Assembly (NCBI GenBank): GCA_030390025.1
Contig: CM059432.1
Coordinates: 97,590,001-97,654,000 of the forward strand
Length of the DNA stretch: 64,000 bases
Reading direction: 5' to 3'
DNA from: Squalus acanthias
Taxonomy: Eukaryota
Shown here: positions 1 through 13,050 of the stretch, piece by piece
How the letters are laid out: each line of letters starts with the position of its first letter
Position numbering within the stretch: the first letter of the stretch is position 1
The notes under the pieces: generated by a model
Told to the model about the DNA's origin: nothing
Seen by the model: only the letters and a program-made list of their open reading frames with translations
The model's database searches: none
Made by a program: the position numbers and the translations under genes

Positions 1-1640
1 CATTTTCTGAGGAGTTGCAAAAGGAACTGAACACTGTACAATCATCAGCGAACATCCCCACTTCGGACCTTATGATGGAGGGAAGGTCATTGATGAAGCA
101 GTTGAAATGGTTGGGCCTAGGACACTGCCCTGAGGAACTCCTGCAGCGATGTCCTGGGAATTAGATGATTGACCTCCAACAACCACAACCATCTTCCTTT
201 GTGCTAGGTATGGCTCCAGCCAGTGGAGAGTTTTCCCCCTGATTCCGATTGACTTCAGTTTAACTAGGGCTCCTTGATGCCACACTCGGTCAAATGCTGC
301 CTTGATGTCAAGGGCAGTCACTCTCATCTCACCTCTGGAATTCAGCTCCTTTGTCCATGTTTGAACCAAGGCTGTAATGAGGTCTGGAGCTGAGTGGTCC
401 TGGTGGAACCAAAACTGAGCATCAGTGAGCAGGTTATTGGTGAGTAAGTGCCGCTTGATAGCACTGTCGATGACACCTTCCATCACTTTGCTGATGATTG
501 AAAGTAGACTGATGGGGCGGTAATTGGTTGGATTGGATTTGTCCTGCTTTTTGTGGACAGGACATACCTGGACAGTTTTCCGGATTGTCGGTTAGATGCC
601 AGTGTTGTAAATGTACTGGAACAGCTTGGCTAGAGGTGCGGCTAGTTCTGGAGCAAAGGTCTTCAGCACGACAGCCGGGATGTTGTCGGGGCCCATAGCC
701 TTTGCAGTATCCAGTGCGCTGAGCCGTTTCTTGATATCACGTGGAGTGAATCGAATTGGCTGGAGACTGGCTTCTGTGATGGTGGATCATCCACTCGGCA
801 CTTCTGGCTGAAGATGGTTGCAAACACTTCAACTTTGTCTTTTGCACTCATGTGCTGGGCTCCACCATCATTGAGGATGGGGATATTGATGGAGCCTCCT
901 CCTCCCATTAGTTGTTTAATTGTCCACCACCATTCACGAATGGATGTGGCAGGACTGCAGAGCTTTAATCTGATCCGTTGGTTGTGGGATTGCTCAGCTC
1001 TGTCTATAGCTTCCGCTGTTTAGCATGCATGTAGTCCTGTGTTGCAACTTCCCCAGGTTGGCACCTTATTTTTAGGTACACTTGGTGCTGCTCCTGGCAT
1101 ACTTTTTTGCACTCCTCATTGAACCAGGGTTGGTCCCCTGGCTTGATGGTAATGGTAGAGTGAGGAATATGCCGGGCCATGAGGTTACAGATTGTGGTGG
1201 AATACAATTCTGCTGCTGCTGATGGCCCACAGTGCCTCATGGATGCCCAGTTTTGAGCTGCCAGATCTGTTCTGAATCTATCCCAGTTAGCACGGTGGTA
1301 GTGCCACACAACACGATGGAGGGTGTCCTCAGTGTGAAGACGGGACTTCGTCTCCACAATGTTTTTGCAGTGGTCACTCCTATCAGTACTGTCATGAACA
1401 GATGCATCTGAGACAGGTAGATTGGTGAAAACGAGGTCAAGTAGATTTTTACCTCGTGTTGGTTCTCTCACCACCTGTTGCAGGCCCAGTCTGGCAGTTA
1501 TATGCTTCAGGACTCGGCCAGCTCAGTCAGTATTGGTGCTACCGAGCCACTCTTGATGATGGACATTGAAATCCCCCACCCAGAGTACATTCTGTGCCCT
1601 TGCTACTCTCAGTGCTTCTTCCAAGTGGTGTTCAATATGG
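1..1640 (-). mobile_element. Decayed non-LTR retrotransposon (CR1-group APE-RT LINE), frameshifted, runs off the window start
   Basis: Minus ORFs 1004-1474 (PTRGKNLLDLVFTN, end of APE) and 70-486 ([25 protein letters not shown]). Same family as 18193-20745. Confidence 0.9.
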
Positions 1641-1758
1641 ATACAATGATAATTGAGTTGTTGATAAGTCATAGCAATCAATCTCTACCAATTAGTCTGC
1701 AACAGACCCAGAAATAATACAAGTAATACCCTAGTGGTGGAAAGCTTTGGGAACTATG

Positions 1759-2612
1759 GCCTGGAGTTTCTGCATGATTTCTGCCCAGATAGCAGCTTAA
1801 TCTGGGCAGAACCAAATCAAATAGCGCAAAAGATTGTGGAATTTTAGGCGTACGTGAGTTATGCCCATACCTACATTACGCCCAATTATCTGTAATCTTT
1901 TAAGGCCATTTAATTTACTCTTCACCCAAACCAGTCCCCACCCACAAAACTGGCCAGGCCCCAGGTCAGAATGGAGAGTATCCGCCCATTGCACTCATTC
2001 GTGGGCGGTTCTTTGAAGTGTGCCCAACTTCTCCGCCGCACTGCACAAGCATCCGTGGTCATATGAATCCAACGTTAATTACCTGACCATCAGCAACCAG
2101 CAGTCAATTGAAGCCACAGCCCTGCCCTGCTGTTGCAGAAATCATCAATTACATAGAATTTACTGCACAGAAGCAGGCCATTCAGTCCAACAGGTCTATG
2201 TCGTTGTTTATGCTCCACATGAGCCTCATCCCACCTTACTTCATCTCACCCTATTTAGCGTAACAGTTTAAAAGTTAAAGAATTGCTCAAATCCTGGCGA
2301 TTTAAATCAATTACTGTGTAAAGTTTTAAAAGTTGTCAAACGGAGAGATAAGTGCTGCTTACTTACTTTGTTATCGCCAGCCTCACCCTGATGAGGAATT
2401 TTGAACTTTTATACTACCCTATCTTAGCACCTTGAGGTCCCATTAGCCCTGTTCCAGTCATAAATCGATTTCAATTGATTACGCTGCTTGATTGTGCTGA
2501 TTCATGGGAGATTTCGCGGAAATTTAGGCACAATTTCACCTCGGCTAGACAGGCGCTGTGTTGGGTGCATTTTGGGCGTAATTTACCGATTGTTTCCAAA
2601 GGAAACTCAAAA
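1759..2612. mobile_element. Probable decayed Harbinger-type MITE
   Basis: Starts GGCCTGGAGTTTC and shares CCCCACCCACAAAACTGG with the 32149-32883 MITE. Ends approximate. Confidence 0.45.
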
Positions 2613-3629
2613 CGCATCGGGCCAAAGTCATCTTTTTCCTCCCAAGCATGCTACACTTCCCAAGTTCAGTCTCATTTGGGAGATTGTTTGTACATTGCCT
2701 TCTCTCCTGGATTTCAATTCTCCCTGTCTTTGCTGTTGTTGAAGGTTTATTTATTCACCATGTTACAATTCTTCACGTCTAATATTGTAGATGATTATTC
2801 ATAATGGGGTAGATTTGAACTTGGACCACCTGGCGTAAAGGGGACAGTAGTGGCCTGAACATGATTGATTGCTCGGGTTATGCCGGCGCTCCAGCCACTG
2901 CCATTCTCAATGGGGGACCTTCTACTTGGTGGCCCGAGCACCTGCTTGTTTCAGATAGTCGGCCCTGTTAATATCAAATCGGGGTCCCTCGATTGAAATT
3001 TTGATGGACAACTGGGTGGAGTGTGCGCCATGCTGGCTTTACTGGACCAGGTTTACTGGATGGTACAGCAGAAGAGGCACCAAAAAGGTAAGTTTAAAAT
3101 TACACCTTCCAGCCGGCAACTTATGCTGCTGTATGCAGCCTTTTCTGCTAGGGTGCGCTTTAAATTGGCTCCCCAAGTGCCATAGTTCTGCTTCTCCTGC
3201 CCCCGTCACCACCCCCTCCTCCATGACTCCGCAACCGTTGGTAGGGTCAGTAGTAGGGCACATTCCCGGCACTTACATCAAATTCCTCGTGGATTTTCAG
3301 ATCTGTTATCTTTTTAACCTTTAATTTCCTACGTTTATTAATAATCCATGGGACTAAACAGCTGAGAGGTCGCACAACACCAGGTTATAGTCCAACAGTT
3401 TTATTAGACTAAACAGCTGCACCAGGATTCCCCACAGGAGTTCCCCAGTGGAAGATTGATGGAGCCCCCAAAGAAATGGAATGCACAGCTAAAAATGGCC
3501 ATTCGCAGCATTCCTCCAGGGTTTTCGCCAATCTTCCAGCAAGGTTATGGCAGGAGGCCATGAGAACCAGGCGGAGGCTCCCACGCTTGATTTGAAGCTG
3601 CAAGCAAAGTATGAAACCAACCGAGTCGA

Positions 3630-3767
3630 AGCAAAAACCAAAATATTGCAGATGCCAGAAATCTAAAATAAAAACAGGAAATGCTGGAAATACTCAGCAG
3701 GCCAGGCAGCATCTGTGGAGAGAGAAACAGAGTTAACGTTTCAGGTCGATCCCCTTTCGTCATAACG
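3630..3767 (-). mobile_element. Penelope pseudo-LTR fragment with a degenerate hammerhead motif
   Basis: Similar to 23794-23895. The core reads ATGACGA instead of CTGACGA and stem II is mismatched. Confidence 0.75.
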
Positions 3768-4520
3768 GTAAGTACAGCTTTAAATATCACTCTAAACATA
3801 ATTAAGCCTATTTTATCTCATCCTTCCAAACTAACAGCCTTAGCGCCATTCCATTAAAGGCTAATGGCTCACGAGTTGTCAATATTGGCTCTGCCACCTC
3901 TTATATAAAACTGATTGACATCAGAGGAAAGTCATCATTAGCATTTCTTACGAGTATATTGTAGCACTGCCAACAAGAAAATAAGTACCAAGCGTGATGC
4001 TATGACGCACTCAGAAAAATATCTTGATAGCTGATGAAAGGAAGACGACTGTTGTCTTGGTAAGTGCATTTGAAATACATAAGAAATATTATCCAACAAC
4101 CACCAATTATCACTTGTCTTCAGTGTCATCAAGTACTTTGAAATCTACTATGTGCAACTAAAGAGATCTATTCAATATCAGATTTAGAATGATTAACATT
4201 AACAAAACAACAAGACCTATCTCCCATAATTACCGTAGTACAGTATTATAGCATAAAATACTGCTGTAATCAAAATGATATTATAATAAAGATGTGTAAC
4301 TATACAAGATGCTCACTGATGCTGTGAACAAGTGCAGAGCTATTTGATTTATTTTTAAATTGATAGTAAGTCACAAGAAATTTGTTCCAGTTAGGGTGCT
4401 ATCTGCCATAGGTAGAATAAGTAGAGTATGTCACATGTTCAGAGAGTGAAATAGTGTACAATTTCACCAGAGCCAATTTCACCTAAGAGAGCAGGGAACT
4501 AAAAAATTGAGAGTTCCAAA

Positions 4521-4663
4521 TAATGTTCCCTTCAATTTTTTGGGGGGCCACGCGGCCCATTCAAAAATCCCTGCATGCGCAGTTTTTGCATTTAAATGCC
4601 GATGAGCCAGCTGCGTGGGAGATCCAGAGTGCTGCATGGCCGCACAGCTTAAAGGGAATGTTG
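4521..4663. mobile_element. Short hAT-type MITE
   Basis: Ends TAATGTTCCCT...AGGGAATGTTG. 8-bp flanks GTTCCAAA/GTGCCAAA match 7/8, consistent with a TSD. Confidence 0.55.
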
Positions 4664-4677
4664 GTGCCAAAGCTGTT

Positions 4678-5191
4678 GGCCTAGAAATTGGTTCACACCT
4701 GCTGAGCAGGGGCCACCAACGACCTTCAGTACTCCCGGGGCAATGGCCTCCTGCCACTCTCTGGGTACAGCACTGCCCATCGCTGCTCGACAGCGCCAAT
4801 CAGAGCCACTAAGGCCTGGTCACTAAAGCGCTGAGCTCTCTCCCTGGGCCTATCCATCACTCCTCTCACAGTGGTGGTAGGTCTTTCCAGCACCAGAGTC
4901 AATGCTACAATGAGCAGGGTGTGGCTGGCTAGCAAGATGGACCCTCCCCTTTAAGAACTGGCCGGCGCCAGTCTGGGTTCCATTGCTAACTGACATCACC
5001 TGAGCTTCAGGAGTGTTCTGGGGTAGCGCCTCGCTCCTCAATGTTAGCGCCTTAAGAGAGGTGTGTAGTGCTTGATTTAGCACTCAAATCACCTCCAGGG
5101 GCGATAGAGGCGATAATTAGCGCCGGGCGCTAAACTTTGTGCCCGGCCGATATTAGCGCCCCAAAATGGGCAATACCGAATTTTTCCCCCC
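4678..5191 (-). mobile_element. Harbinger left-end remnant with start of the Myb/SANT gene
   Basis: Minus peptide RERAQRFSDQALVALIGAVE..YPESGRRPLPRE is homologous to the gene at 44601. Terminal sequence resembles 44244-44600. Confidence 0.8.
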
Positions 5192-6237
5192 TCATGTAAT
5201 AGAGCCCAGACCCTGGATATAAAGAGTGGATCTGAATGAGTAATCCCATGTAAATCATTCCCTAACCTCAGTGAAATCAATTAAAATCACTTGAGGAATC
5301 CGTCTAAGACTGGAGACCAAGGTTGAGATTTTTGTATTTGATTTACTATTGAGAAGCCCATTGCTATCCCGTTAAACTATCAGAGCAGAAATCACTCCTT
5401 TTTGTGAAGCATTGTAATGGAACTAACAGAAACAGAAAGGACATTCTTGTAACATGGTGACACCTCCGAAGAAACATGCAGCTTTTGTGTGTAGAAGCAT
5501 AGCTGAACATTTTGGGAAGAGTAAGATTTTCGCAGGGAGAAGAGGTTTTAAGGCATGCTGAACTACAAGTACAGAGCTCCTGGTTCATGAACCTGCTCCA
5601 TCAGACACCATAGCTCCCTGAAGCATGAGGATTTTGAACCTGTTGATTTAATATGCAGAAGTGCTGCTGCTTTAGCACGGATAATTCCCTAAGATTCACA
5701 ACCTGCTCAATGCTTCTTCCTGAAGACTAAAAAAGATTGCCAGCTGGGTCCAGGCTATCTCCGACTGAGAACACATTGCTTCTACCCCAATATTAAAATC
5801 GGAGAAGCAATTGGTTCTTTTACGTTGACACCTAAGCAAGACTCAACAGCAGTTGGACTGCCCCTGCAAATAAATTATATGTTCAGTTGTGTATTTCAGG
5901 CAGGCCGTCCTATGCACTTACTTTCAGGATGTTTTGACTCATTGCTCCATGTCTCCATTTACTTTCTTATTGAACTCCAAACACACTGCCTGATCCAATG
6001 CTACATTTAGGACCACATGAACTATCCATGTCATGTATGTAAACTTTAACCTGCGCTCCGCCTGATGTACAGTACAAAATATGAAATGACTGTATAATTT
6101 TTAACACTCATCCACTTAGTATCCATTTTCAGGTGGCGCATACATATTTTGCTGGAAGAATACCTCTGATTTCAGATTTCACTGTTGCTGTGCACCAGGT
6201 TAAAACCCATTTGTGAGTTTATATATTCAGACACATC

Positions 6238-7080
6238 GGGCTGGATTTTACCAGCCCTGAGGAGGTGGGTTTGGAGGCGGGACTGCTGGGAAAATCAAAA
6301 AAAATGGGTGCAGGTCCCAAACCCGCTCCCAACCCGCCTCCAACCAATCTTCGCAGGAGTCAAGTCCCCGATTTGGGCAGGGACCCGACTCCTAGCGGCG
6401 GGAAGAGGATTATAGCCATTTAACAGCTTGTTAACAGGTAGTTAACAGGCAGTTAAGAGGCTTTTTCCCATTTTGCGACTTCTGCTGCGGGCTTCCCGAT
6501 GTCGGGGAACCCCGCCAGGGTAAGTGAGGCGTGTTGTAATGTTTGTGTATAGATGACAGCTACAGAAGTGGTGTGAAGGATGCAATGGGACACTGGTGAG
6601 TATCAGAGGTAAGGAAATGTTGGGAAATTCATTTTTAATGTGTATAGATTTTTCTGTAGGTGACAAGCTTTGAAGTGTTTGTGTGGCCTCACCTCATTGG
6701 GAGAAGTGACAGATCGCTTCTGTACCCTCATCTGTTTTATACTGTGGAGGGAGTCATTGGAGAGTCTAGGTGCAAGGGCTCACCTTTGTACAGTGATTGT
6801 CAGTGTTTGACAGCACCTCAATGCTGTCAAACACTGTCAAATCATCTGTCAGAAATAGATGGGTCATGTCCCTTTAAGAAAACCGGCAGATGAAGCGTCA
6901 TCAACTGACATCATCTGACACCGGCTTTCCCTTAATTGGCCGGCAAGCCCGCAGGGCAGGCTTAACAAGGCCAATCAGGGAAAAATAGCGTCTGTACGTC
7001 GGATGTCGCTGGGGGCGGGACTAGAACCCGGAAGGCAGCAGTTCCGCCCCCAACTCGTCTCGGTAAGTAAAGTCCAGCCC
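6238..7080. mobile_element. Harbinger-type MITE
   Basis: TIRs GGGCTGGATTTT / AAAGTCCAGCCC, 3-bp TSD ATC on both sides. Confidence 0.85.
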
Positions 7081-8334
7081 ATCATGTTAGTACACAAAAT
7101 GTTAAACAAGGTCAGTTAATGGTTTCTCCTTTATATGATTTATTCACTTAAAGATAAGGGTCTACTTTCCTACTCCACTCAATCAGAAGGGAGGAAATTG
7201 GTTCTTGTTGCACTTGTTTTCTGGGGTAAAATGGGGGCAACAAAGACAAATTTCATTGTGCAACACCGTGCGCCTGGAGTACGGCGCCGCTATATTGGTG
7301 AAGGTGGCTTCCCATGCATCTGTGGCAATTGCCTGAAACAGGCTTTTGTACCATGTACATGTAAATAAGGGCCAAAATGCTTATTTTTAGGACACCTCCA
7401 GGAAATTCAGCAGCCCAGAGGAAGCAGGCGCGGGGTCAGCATTGCCTGGTCTACCTGCAGCCTAACCAGCAGCAAAGGCTCAACCACCTCCCCCCACCCT
7501 GCTCATGAATTAATTACCAGCGGGCCGCTGCCAGTGAGGCAGCCAGCCCAAATGTGATCCTGGCACATGGGTGAGCTCATGGCAATTATTAAAATGTGGC
7601 CTGAGGCCCAATGTCTGTCAAGCCTTGGGCCTCCTGGTTTGGACGCTGCTGGAAGCATGCCATCAGTTATGCTCCTGATTATGAGCCATACAATTTTTTA
7701 TGCAAGGACTCCCAAAGTCAAAGCACAGAAAATATATTTGAATAATTTACCACAGGGGTAGTTTAAATTCAAGCTCCAAAATATATTGGCACCATTAATA
7801 TTACAGCAACCTAAAGGTTGAGGAAGAGAATACATCCTTGTTACTGGTGCTTACTGGCACTGACACTGATAACATTTATTTATATTCTAATACTTAACCC
7901 TTAACCTGTTACATGTGAATTTCTATTGCGTATTCAAATGAATTTTGCAAGCTTTCAACAGCCCAATGTTAAAATTTCAATGAGACACTCAAGCAGACAA
8001 ATAAAGAGGGTCAATAATATAAAATCGGTAAAATATAAAGTTATTGTAGCTATATCTTTTTTTTAAGCTTTAGTCCTATAATGGATTTTCAAGATGATGA
8101 ACAAAAACTGCGGCCAAGAGATGATACATCGCACTTAGGTTGGAACAATCTAAAATAACATGAATTGGTCAATAAAATAAGTATCCTTCTACTATTACAT
8201 TTATACCCGACTTATGGTGTAAGCACATAAATGAATTTAAAGCATATATCCTATTCTGTGACCTGCATAGCAAACTGTGGCCTAGAACTTCAATGGCACC
8301 TCGCCCATTTTTCAGGCATGAAACGAGTGCCTAA

Positions 8335-9177
8335 GGGCTGGATTTTCAATGACCCATGGAGTCGGGTTTGGAGGCGGGGGGGGGTTAAAGTTCCAGATTC
8401 GTGGGTCCCGACCCCATCCCGCCTCCAACCCGCCTCCATGCCAGTTTCTCTGGCGGCGGGTACCCGACCTGTGCTGGGACCCGACTCCCCGAGGCGGGAA
8501 GGGATTAGTGACAATTAACTGCCTGTTAACAGGTAGTTAACAGGCAGTTTTTTGCCTAATCCCTATTTTAATCGCTGAAATGTGGGCTTCCCGACAGGTG
8601 CCAACCATGCCAAGTTATCTGGGCGGGCCATGCGTCTGCAGGGGTTGGAGGGGTCGATATGTCTGGTGGGCAGGTGAGTGATGGGTGCATGTGTGCAGAG
8701 GTAAGTGTGTAAGGTAAGTGCAAAGTGTGGAAAAAAGTTTTACTTACCTTAACTTCCTCCTGCAGGTGTCAGCCCTTCAGTTCTCGGGAGTCAGAAATCT
8801 CACCGGCACAGAAAGCAGAAAAGCCGTGGTGCTGTCAAAAACTGCAGCCTTCTGTTTTCTGTGCTGGAATGATTTCTAACTCAGCCTGAGAGGAAGGACT
8901 CAAGTTAGAAGACAAATTGTCAGTGTTTGACAGCTTCACAGAGCTGTCAAACACTGATATTTAATCTGTCAAAAGCTCTTGACAGATGAAATGTCAATCT
9001 GTGACGTCACCTGTTGCCGGGTGGCCCTTAATTGGCCTGCTGAGCCCACTGGGCGGGCTCAACAAGGTCAATCAAGGGAAAATACAGTGGGTTGGCCACA
9101 AGTCGATGGAGGCGGGTCTACAACCCAAAAAGTGGGATTCACGACACCAACCCGACCCCAGTATCAAAATCCGGCCG
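8335..9177. mobile_element. Harbinger-type MITE, same family as 6238-7080 and 63191-64000
   Basis: TIRs GGGCTGGATTTT / AAAATCCGGCCG, TSD TAA. Nested in an older element. Confidence 0.85.
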
Positions 9178-9449
9178 TAAGGATCCAATATAGCGGACCT
9201 GAAGAGCGGTGCCTCCCCTATTAGTAAACACAGAAATAGAGGCATCTGGGGCATTGACTATGCAAATAGGAGACCTAATAGCTGATTGAGGCCCCCTATG
9301 CTAAAGTGGGCTGCCCTGAAGGCAGCTAGCGTTGGACCATCTGTGTTCAGGATAACATGATCTACATGTGGCCTAACTAATGGTCCTTAAAGGCACCACT
9401 GGAGGCTGCTAGTAAAATGGTAAGTTTTTAAACAATTACTTACCTGAAT

Positions 9450-10981
9450 ATGGAGTTGGGAGGAGCATTCCGAAGAGTGTGGCGGGAGGTGGCTCAGCAC
9501 GTCTCCTCAAGGAGCCTGGTGCCGAGGAGTCACACTCAGTGTAGGAAGAAGTTCAACGATCTCACTTGGGTCGTAAGGGTGAGTGGATGCTTTTCAATAC
9601 CTCCACATCCCTCCATCTCAACTTCACTCTGTGGCCAGAGGGTTTAAAATCCCACATGCACAGCACTCATCCAAGACCTATGGCCATCTCATAAAAGACA
9701 CATGCACAATCCACACCTTGCATACATTAAGGGCTATTCAACTCTGGGAGGCACATCAGGCAAGCACATGGCTGCATACATTAAGGGCTATTCAACTATG
9801 GGAGGCACATCAGGCAAGCACATGGCTGCATACATTAAGGGCTATTCAACTATGGGAGGCACATCAGGCAAGCACATGGCTGCATACATTAAGGGCTATT
9901 CAACTACGGGAGGCACATCAGGCAAGCACTCACTTAGATGCTGTCCTTTTTCTTACAGGCCAAGCTCTCTCATAACAGGCGGGAGCAGCAACGCACGGGA
10001 GGAGGACTGGCTGACCTACACCCCCTAACCGATTTGGAGGTGAGAGTGCACAGGATCATTGCCAGCCAGGTCATAGGTGCCGTGGCCGCTGGAGAGGGCA
10101 GTTGTCACAATGGACAGCGAACTGGGAGATATTCGTGATGTCCCCAGTAGAAGCTTGAAAGGAGCCGCTGGCATAAAAATTCAGAGCCACTGTCACCTTC
10201 ACTGCCACCGGCGGAGATGTCCTGGTCCTGAGTTGAGGCTGCAGATCTGGTTGCAGCAGGTGGCAGAGCTCAGTGACCACCTCCTTGCTGAAGCTCAGCC
10301 TGCGGAAAAACTGCTCCTCAGACAAATGAAGGTATGAGAACTGCTCCCTGTATACCCTCGGAGGGTAAGGTCTCCTGTGCGGAGGCCTGTTGGCCCTCCT
10401 CCCTCTGGCCATATTTGCCTCTCTCTCTCTGCGCCTCTGCTGCCTCCGATTCTGCAGGTGCAGGACTACGCCCTGAGTCAGTGCAGCTCCCATAGTCTCT
10501 TCTAAATTGTTGGAATGAAGGTGAAATAAAAATGAACCTCCAAAGTGCTGCTCAGGACCCAAAACTTCTTCGCACAGCGTTGAATCTCTCCAGACGTCTC
10601 TCTCCCTCTCAACCTGCGTGGTACAAAAATTTAGCCGACAAGAAAAGGCAGGAAGCTGCCGCCTTTAAATAGCGCTCCCCCAGCCCCGTCCCGACTGGAA
10701 AACGTTCCCCTCTACCTTTCGTTCCTAGCGGCAGGCGGAAAGGCAGGGGGTGAAACTCAATATCCGGTCTGGGGCATTACCGGGGCGTTGCATGCTTGAC
10801 TGACGTCACGATCTGCGGGCGCAGGACATCATGGCGGTAGTGTTTAGCGCTGTCGCAAAACATCTGGTCAATTTTGCGAGTGGAACTAAACTCGCCACGC
10901 TCAGGCACTAAGTTCTTAGCGCCCCATTACCGCCCCCCGGAGGCGTTAACGGGAGGCGATAACCAACCAAATATTTCCCCC
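9450..10981. mobile_element. Internally deleted Harbinger: Myb exons 1-2 (+) joined to the 5' part of the transposase (-) and the right end
   Basis: QCRKKFNDL motif (9450-9647) and exon 2 AKLSHNRREQQRTGGG. Minus ORF 10071-10562 has YPPRVYREQFSYL..ALNFYASGSFQ. Colinear with 44244-48727. Confidence 0.9.
9719..9930 (+). repeat. 54-bp minisatellite, ~4 copies, in Myb intron 1
   Basis: Repeated unit TGCATACATTAAGGGCTATTCAACTATGGGAGGCACATCAGGCAAGCACATGGC. Confidence 0.95.
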
Positions 10982-11155
10982 GAGGACATTTGTTATTTTG
11001 GAGTTGCTGGAAAAAGAAAAGTAGGTTTGTGAAATGGAGGCAGGAGAAAGAATATAAAACAGAAGAGGAAGAAAAGGAGAAGTGAAAAGAAAAAAGAAAA
11101 AGAAAGAAAAGTAAAGGAGCATGTTGGATAATGTCATTTACCCTTTAGATTCATT

Positions 11156-11900
11156 GGCTGCGATTTTGCCAGCGCTCAGAGGGCGGGTTTGGAGGCGGGT
11201 TGGGAGTTAAAATCCAAATGAATGACAGCGGGTTGCGAACCTGATGCCATCTTGCCTCCACGCAACTTTGCAAAGTGTCGGATCTGCGAGTCCCGATCAG
11301 ACCCGAAACCAAACAGCGGGAGAGGCACTTAAGGCAGTTAACAGCTTGTTAACTGCCTGGATAATCCCATTTTTACTGGCTCTTCCCATTTTAGTACATT
11401 TTCAGCATGTTGCCTGTCATGTGACAAACACGCCAGCTGATTGTGCCGGGTTCAGGAACGACCTGACTTGTTGACCACTGCTCCTGCACCCTAAAAGCGG
11501 ACCTGCAGCATGGCTGACATCGCACAACATTGTACAGCAGCGTGGCTTACCGCTGCCTGAGGAACAAGTGGCTCAGTGCACAGCCTCCTCGGAAGAGGAG
11601 CAGGAGGAGGAGGAGGAGGCGGGAGATGAGGTACACCTTGCGGAGGCGGATGTGCCAATTTCACCAGCACGTGACCACATTGCTGGCCGTGAGGCAAGGG
11701 ATTCGCTAATCCATGCCAGATTCGCGTAAATTTGTGGCTGGTACATGGAAATGAATGTTTGGCTGACCTTCTTAACACACCATACAGCATCTGTACAATA
11801 AACTGTGGTTTCCTATCACTCTCACCACCATCATTACAGATGAAAGGCCTTTTATATTGCAGCAATCTCCTACCCTTACACGACCACCTGCTGTGATGAA
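11156..11900. mobile_element. Deleted derivative of the 52365-56517 Harbinger family, inverted
   Basis: Starts GGCTGCGATTTTGCC (the TIR). Reverse-complement similarity to 56240-56517 and to the transposase 3' end (~54680-54980). Confidence 0.8.
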
Positions 11901-11922
11901 AAGACTATATAAAAAACCTTAT

Positions 11923-12572
11923 GGGCTGGATTTTCATTGACCCGTGGAGGTGGGTTTGGAGGCGTGTGGGGGGTTAAAATTGCGAAAACTGGCGGGTGGG
12001 CACAAGCCCGCCTCCATCCTGCCTCCACGCAATTTTCATTAAATCGTGTCTGCTGGTCCTAACTCCGTCCCGCCTCTAAGAGGTGGGATAGGCTGTAAGG
12101 CCCTTAACAAGCACTAAATTGCCTCTATAATGCCATTTTGAAAGGCCTTTGTGATTTTAACCCTTTTTCTACGTGAAGCACGCCTGTTCTGAACCACGAA
12201 CGTGAAACCTGGCGGGAGCACGGCCGGCCGGCTGGCTATGGGGATGCATATATGGATGAATGGGGAGGAGACATATCTGGGAGTGGTGGTGGTGTAAAAA
12301 TATCTGGGAGCAGACTTAGGACTGCTGCTGCTCATTTTGCATCCAGGTCCTCTCACAGCAAAGGCCAGGCAGTCTCTGAAGACCTTCAATGCAGCAGCAA
12401 TGATGACATCATCAGAGGTGACTTTCAGACTGAAAACACTAATTGGTTCATGGGTTCCCACATGCTGGAACTCAATTGCCCAATTAGGTGAAAATTGCAT
12501 CAATCTCCCACATCCAATTGCAGTCGGGTGGATAACACGACCCCAACCCGCCCCAGTATCAAAATCCAGCCC
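11923..12572. mobile_element. Harbinger-type MITE
   Basis: TIRs GGGCTGGATTTT / AAAATCCAGCCC, flanks TAT/GAT. Confidence 0.8.
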
Positions 12573-12734
12573 GATATGTTTCAATCTTAATAATTCTGTA
12601 AGATCAATATTTCTCCACCTAGCTTATTTATTTATACATGCCTAACTTTATAATACAATATCCTTGGTCCTGAAATTCATCCTTCTCCAATATTATCAGC
12701 ATCATTGAGGGGAAATGACAAGGTTTTTGAAAGC

Positions 12735-13050
12735 ACAGAATCACAGAATCCCCACAGTGCAGATAGAGGCCATTTCGGCCCATCGAGCCTGCACCGACAC
12801 ATATCCCACCCTATCCCCGTAACCCCACGTATTTAATCCCCCTAACACTAAGGGTCAATTTATCATAGCCAAATCAACCTAACCCGCACATCTTTTGGAC
12901 TGTGGGAGGAAACCGGAGCACCTGGAGGAAACCCACGCAGACACGGGGAGAATGTGCAAACTCCACACAGACAGTCACCCGAGGCTGGATTCGAACCCGG
13001 GTCCCTGGCGCTGTGAGGCAACAGTGCTAACCACTATGCCACCGTGTTGC
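12735..13050 (-). mobile_element. HE1-like tRNA-derived V-SINE
   Basis: Reverse complement of 32921-33235: tRNA head, V-domain-like core GTGTCTGCGTGGGTTTCCTCC, CR1-like tail. Confidence 0.85.

Noticed and set aside
4028..4085. CTGATGA...GAAA motif and a possible exon ending at GTAAGT
   Set aside because: The stem geometry does not fit a hammerhead. The acceptor is weak and the peptide is not recognisable.
5340..5830. Possible host exon(s)
   Set aside because: No consistent splice pair with an open, recognisable frame.
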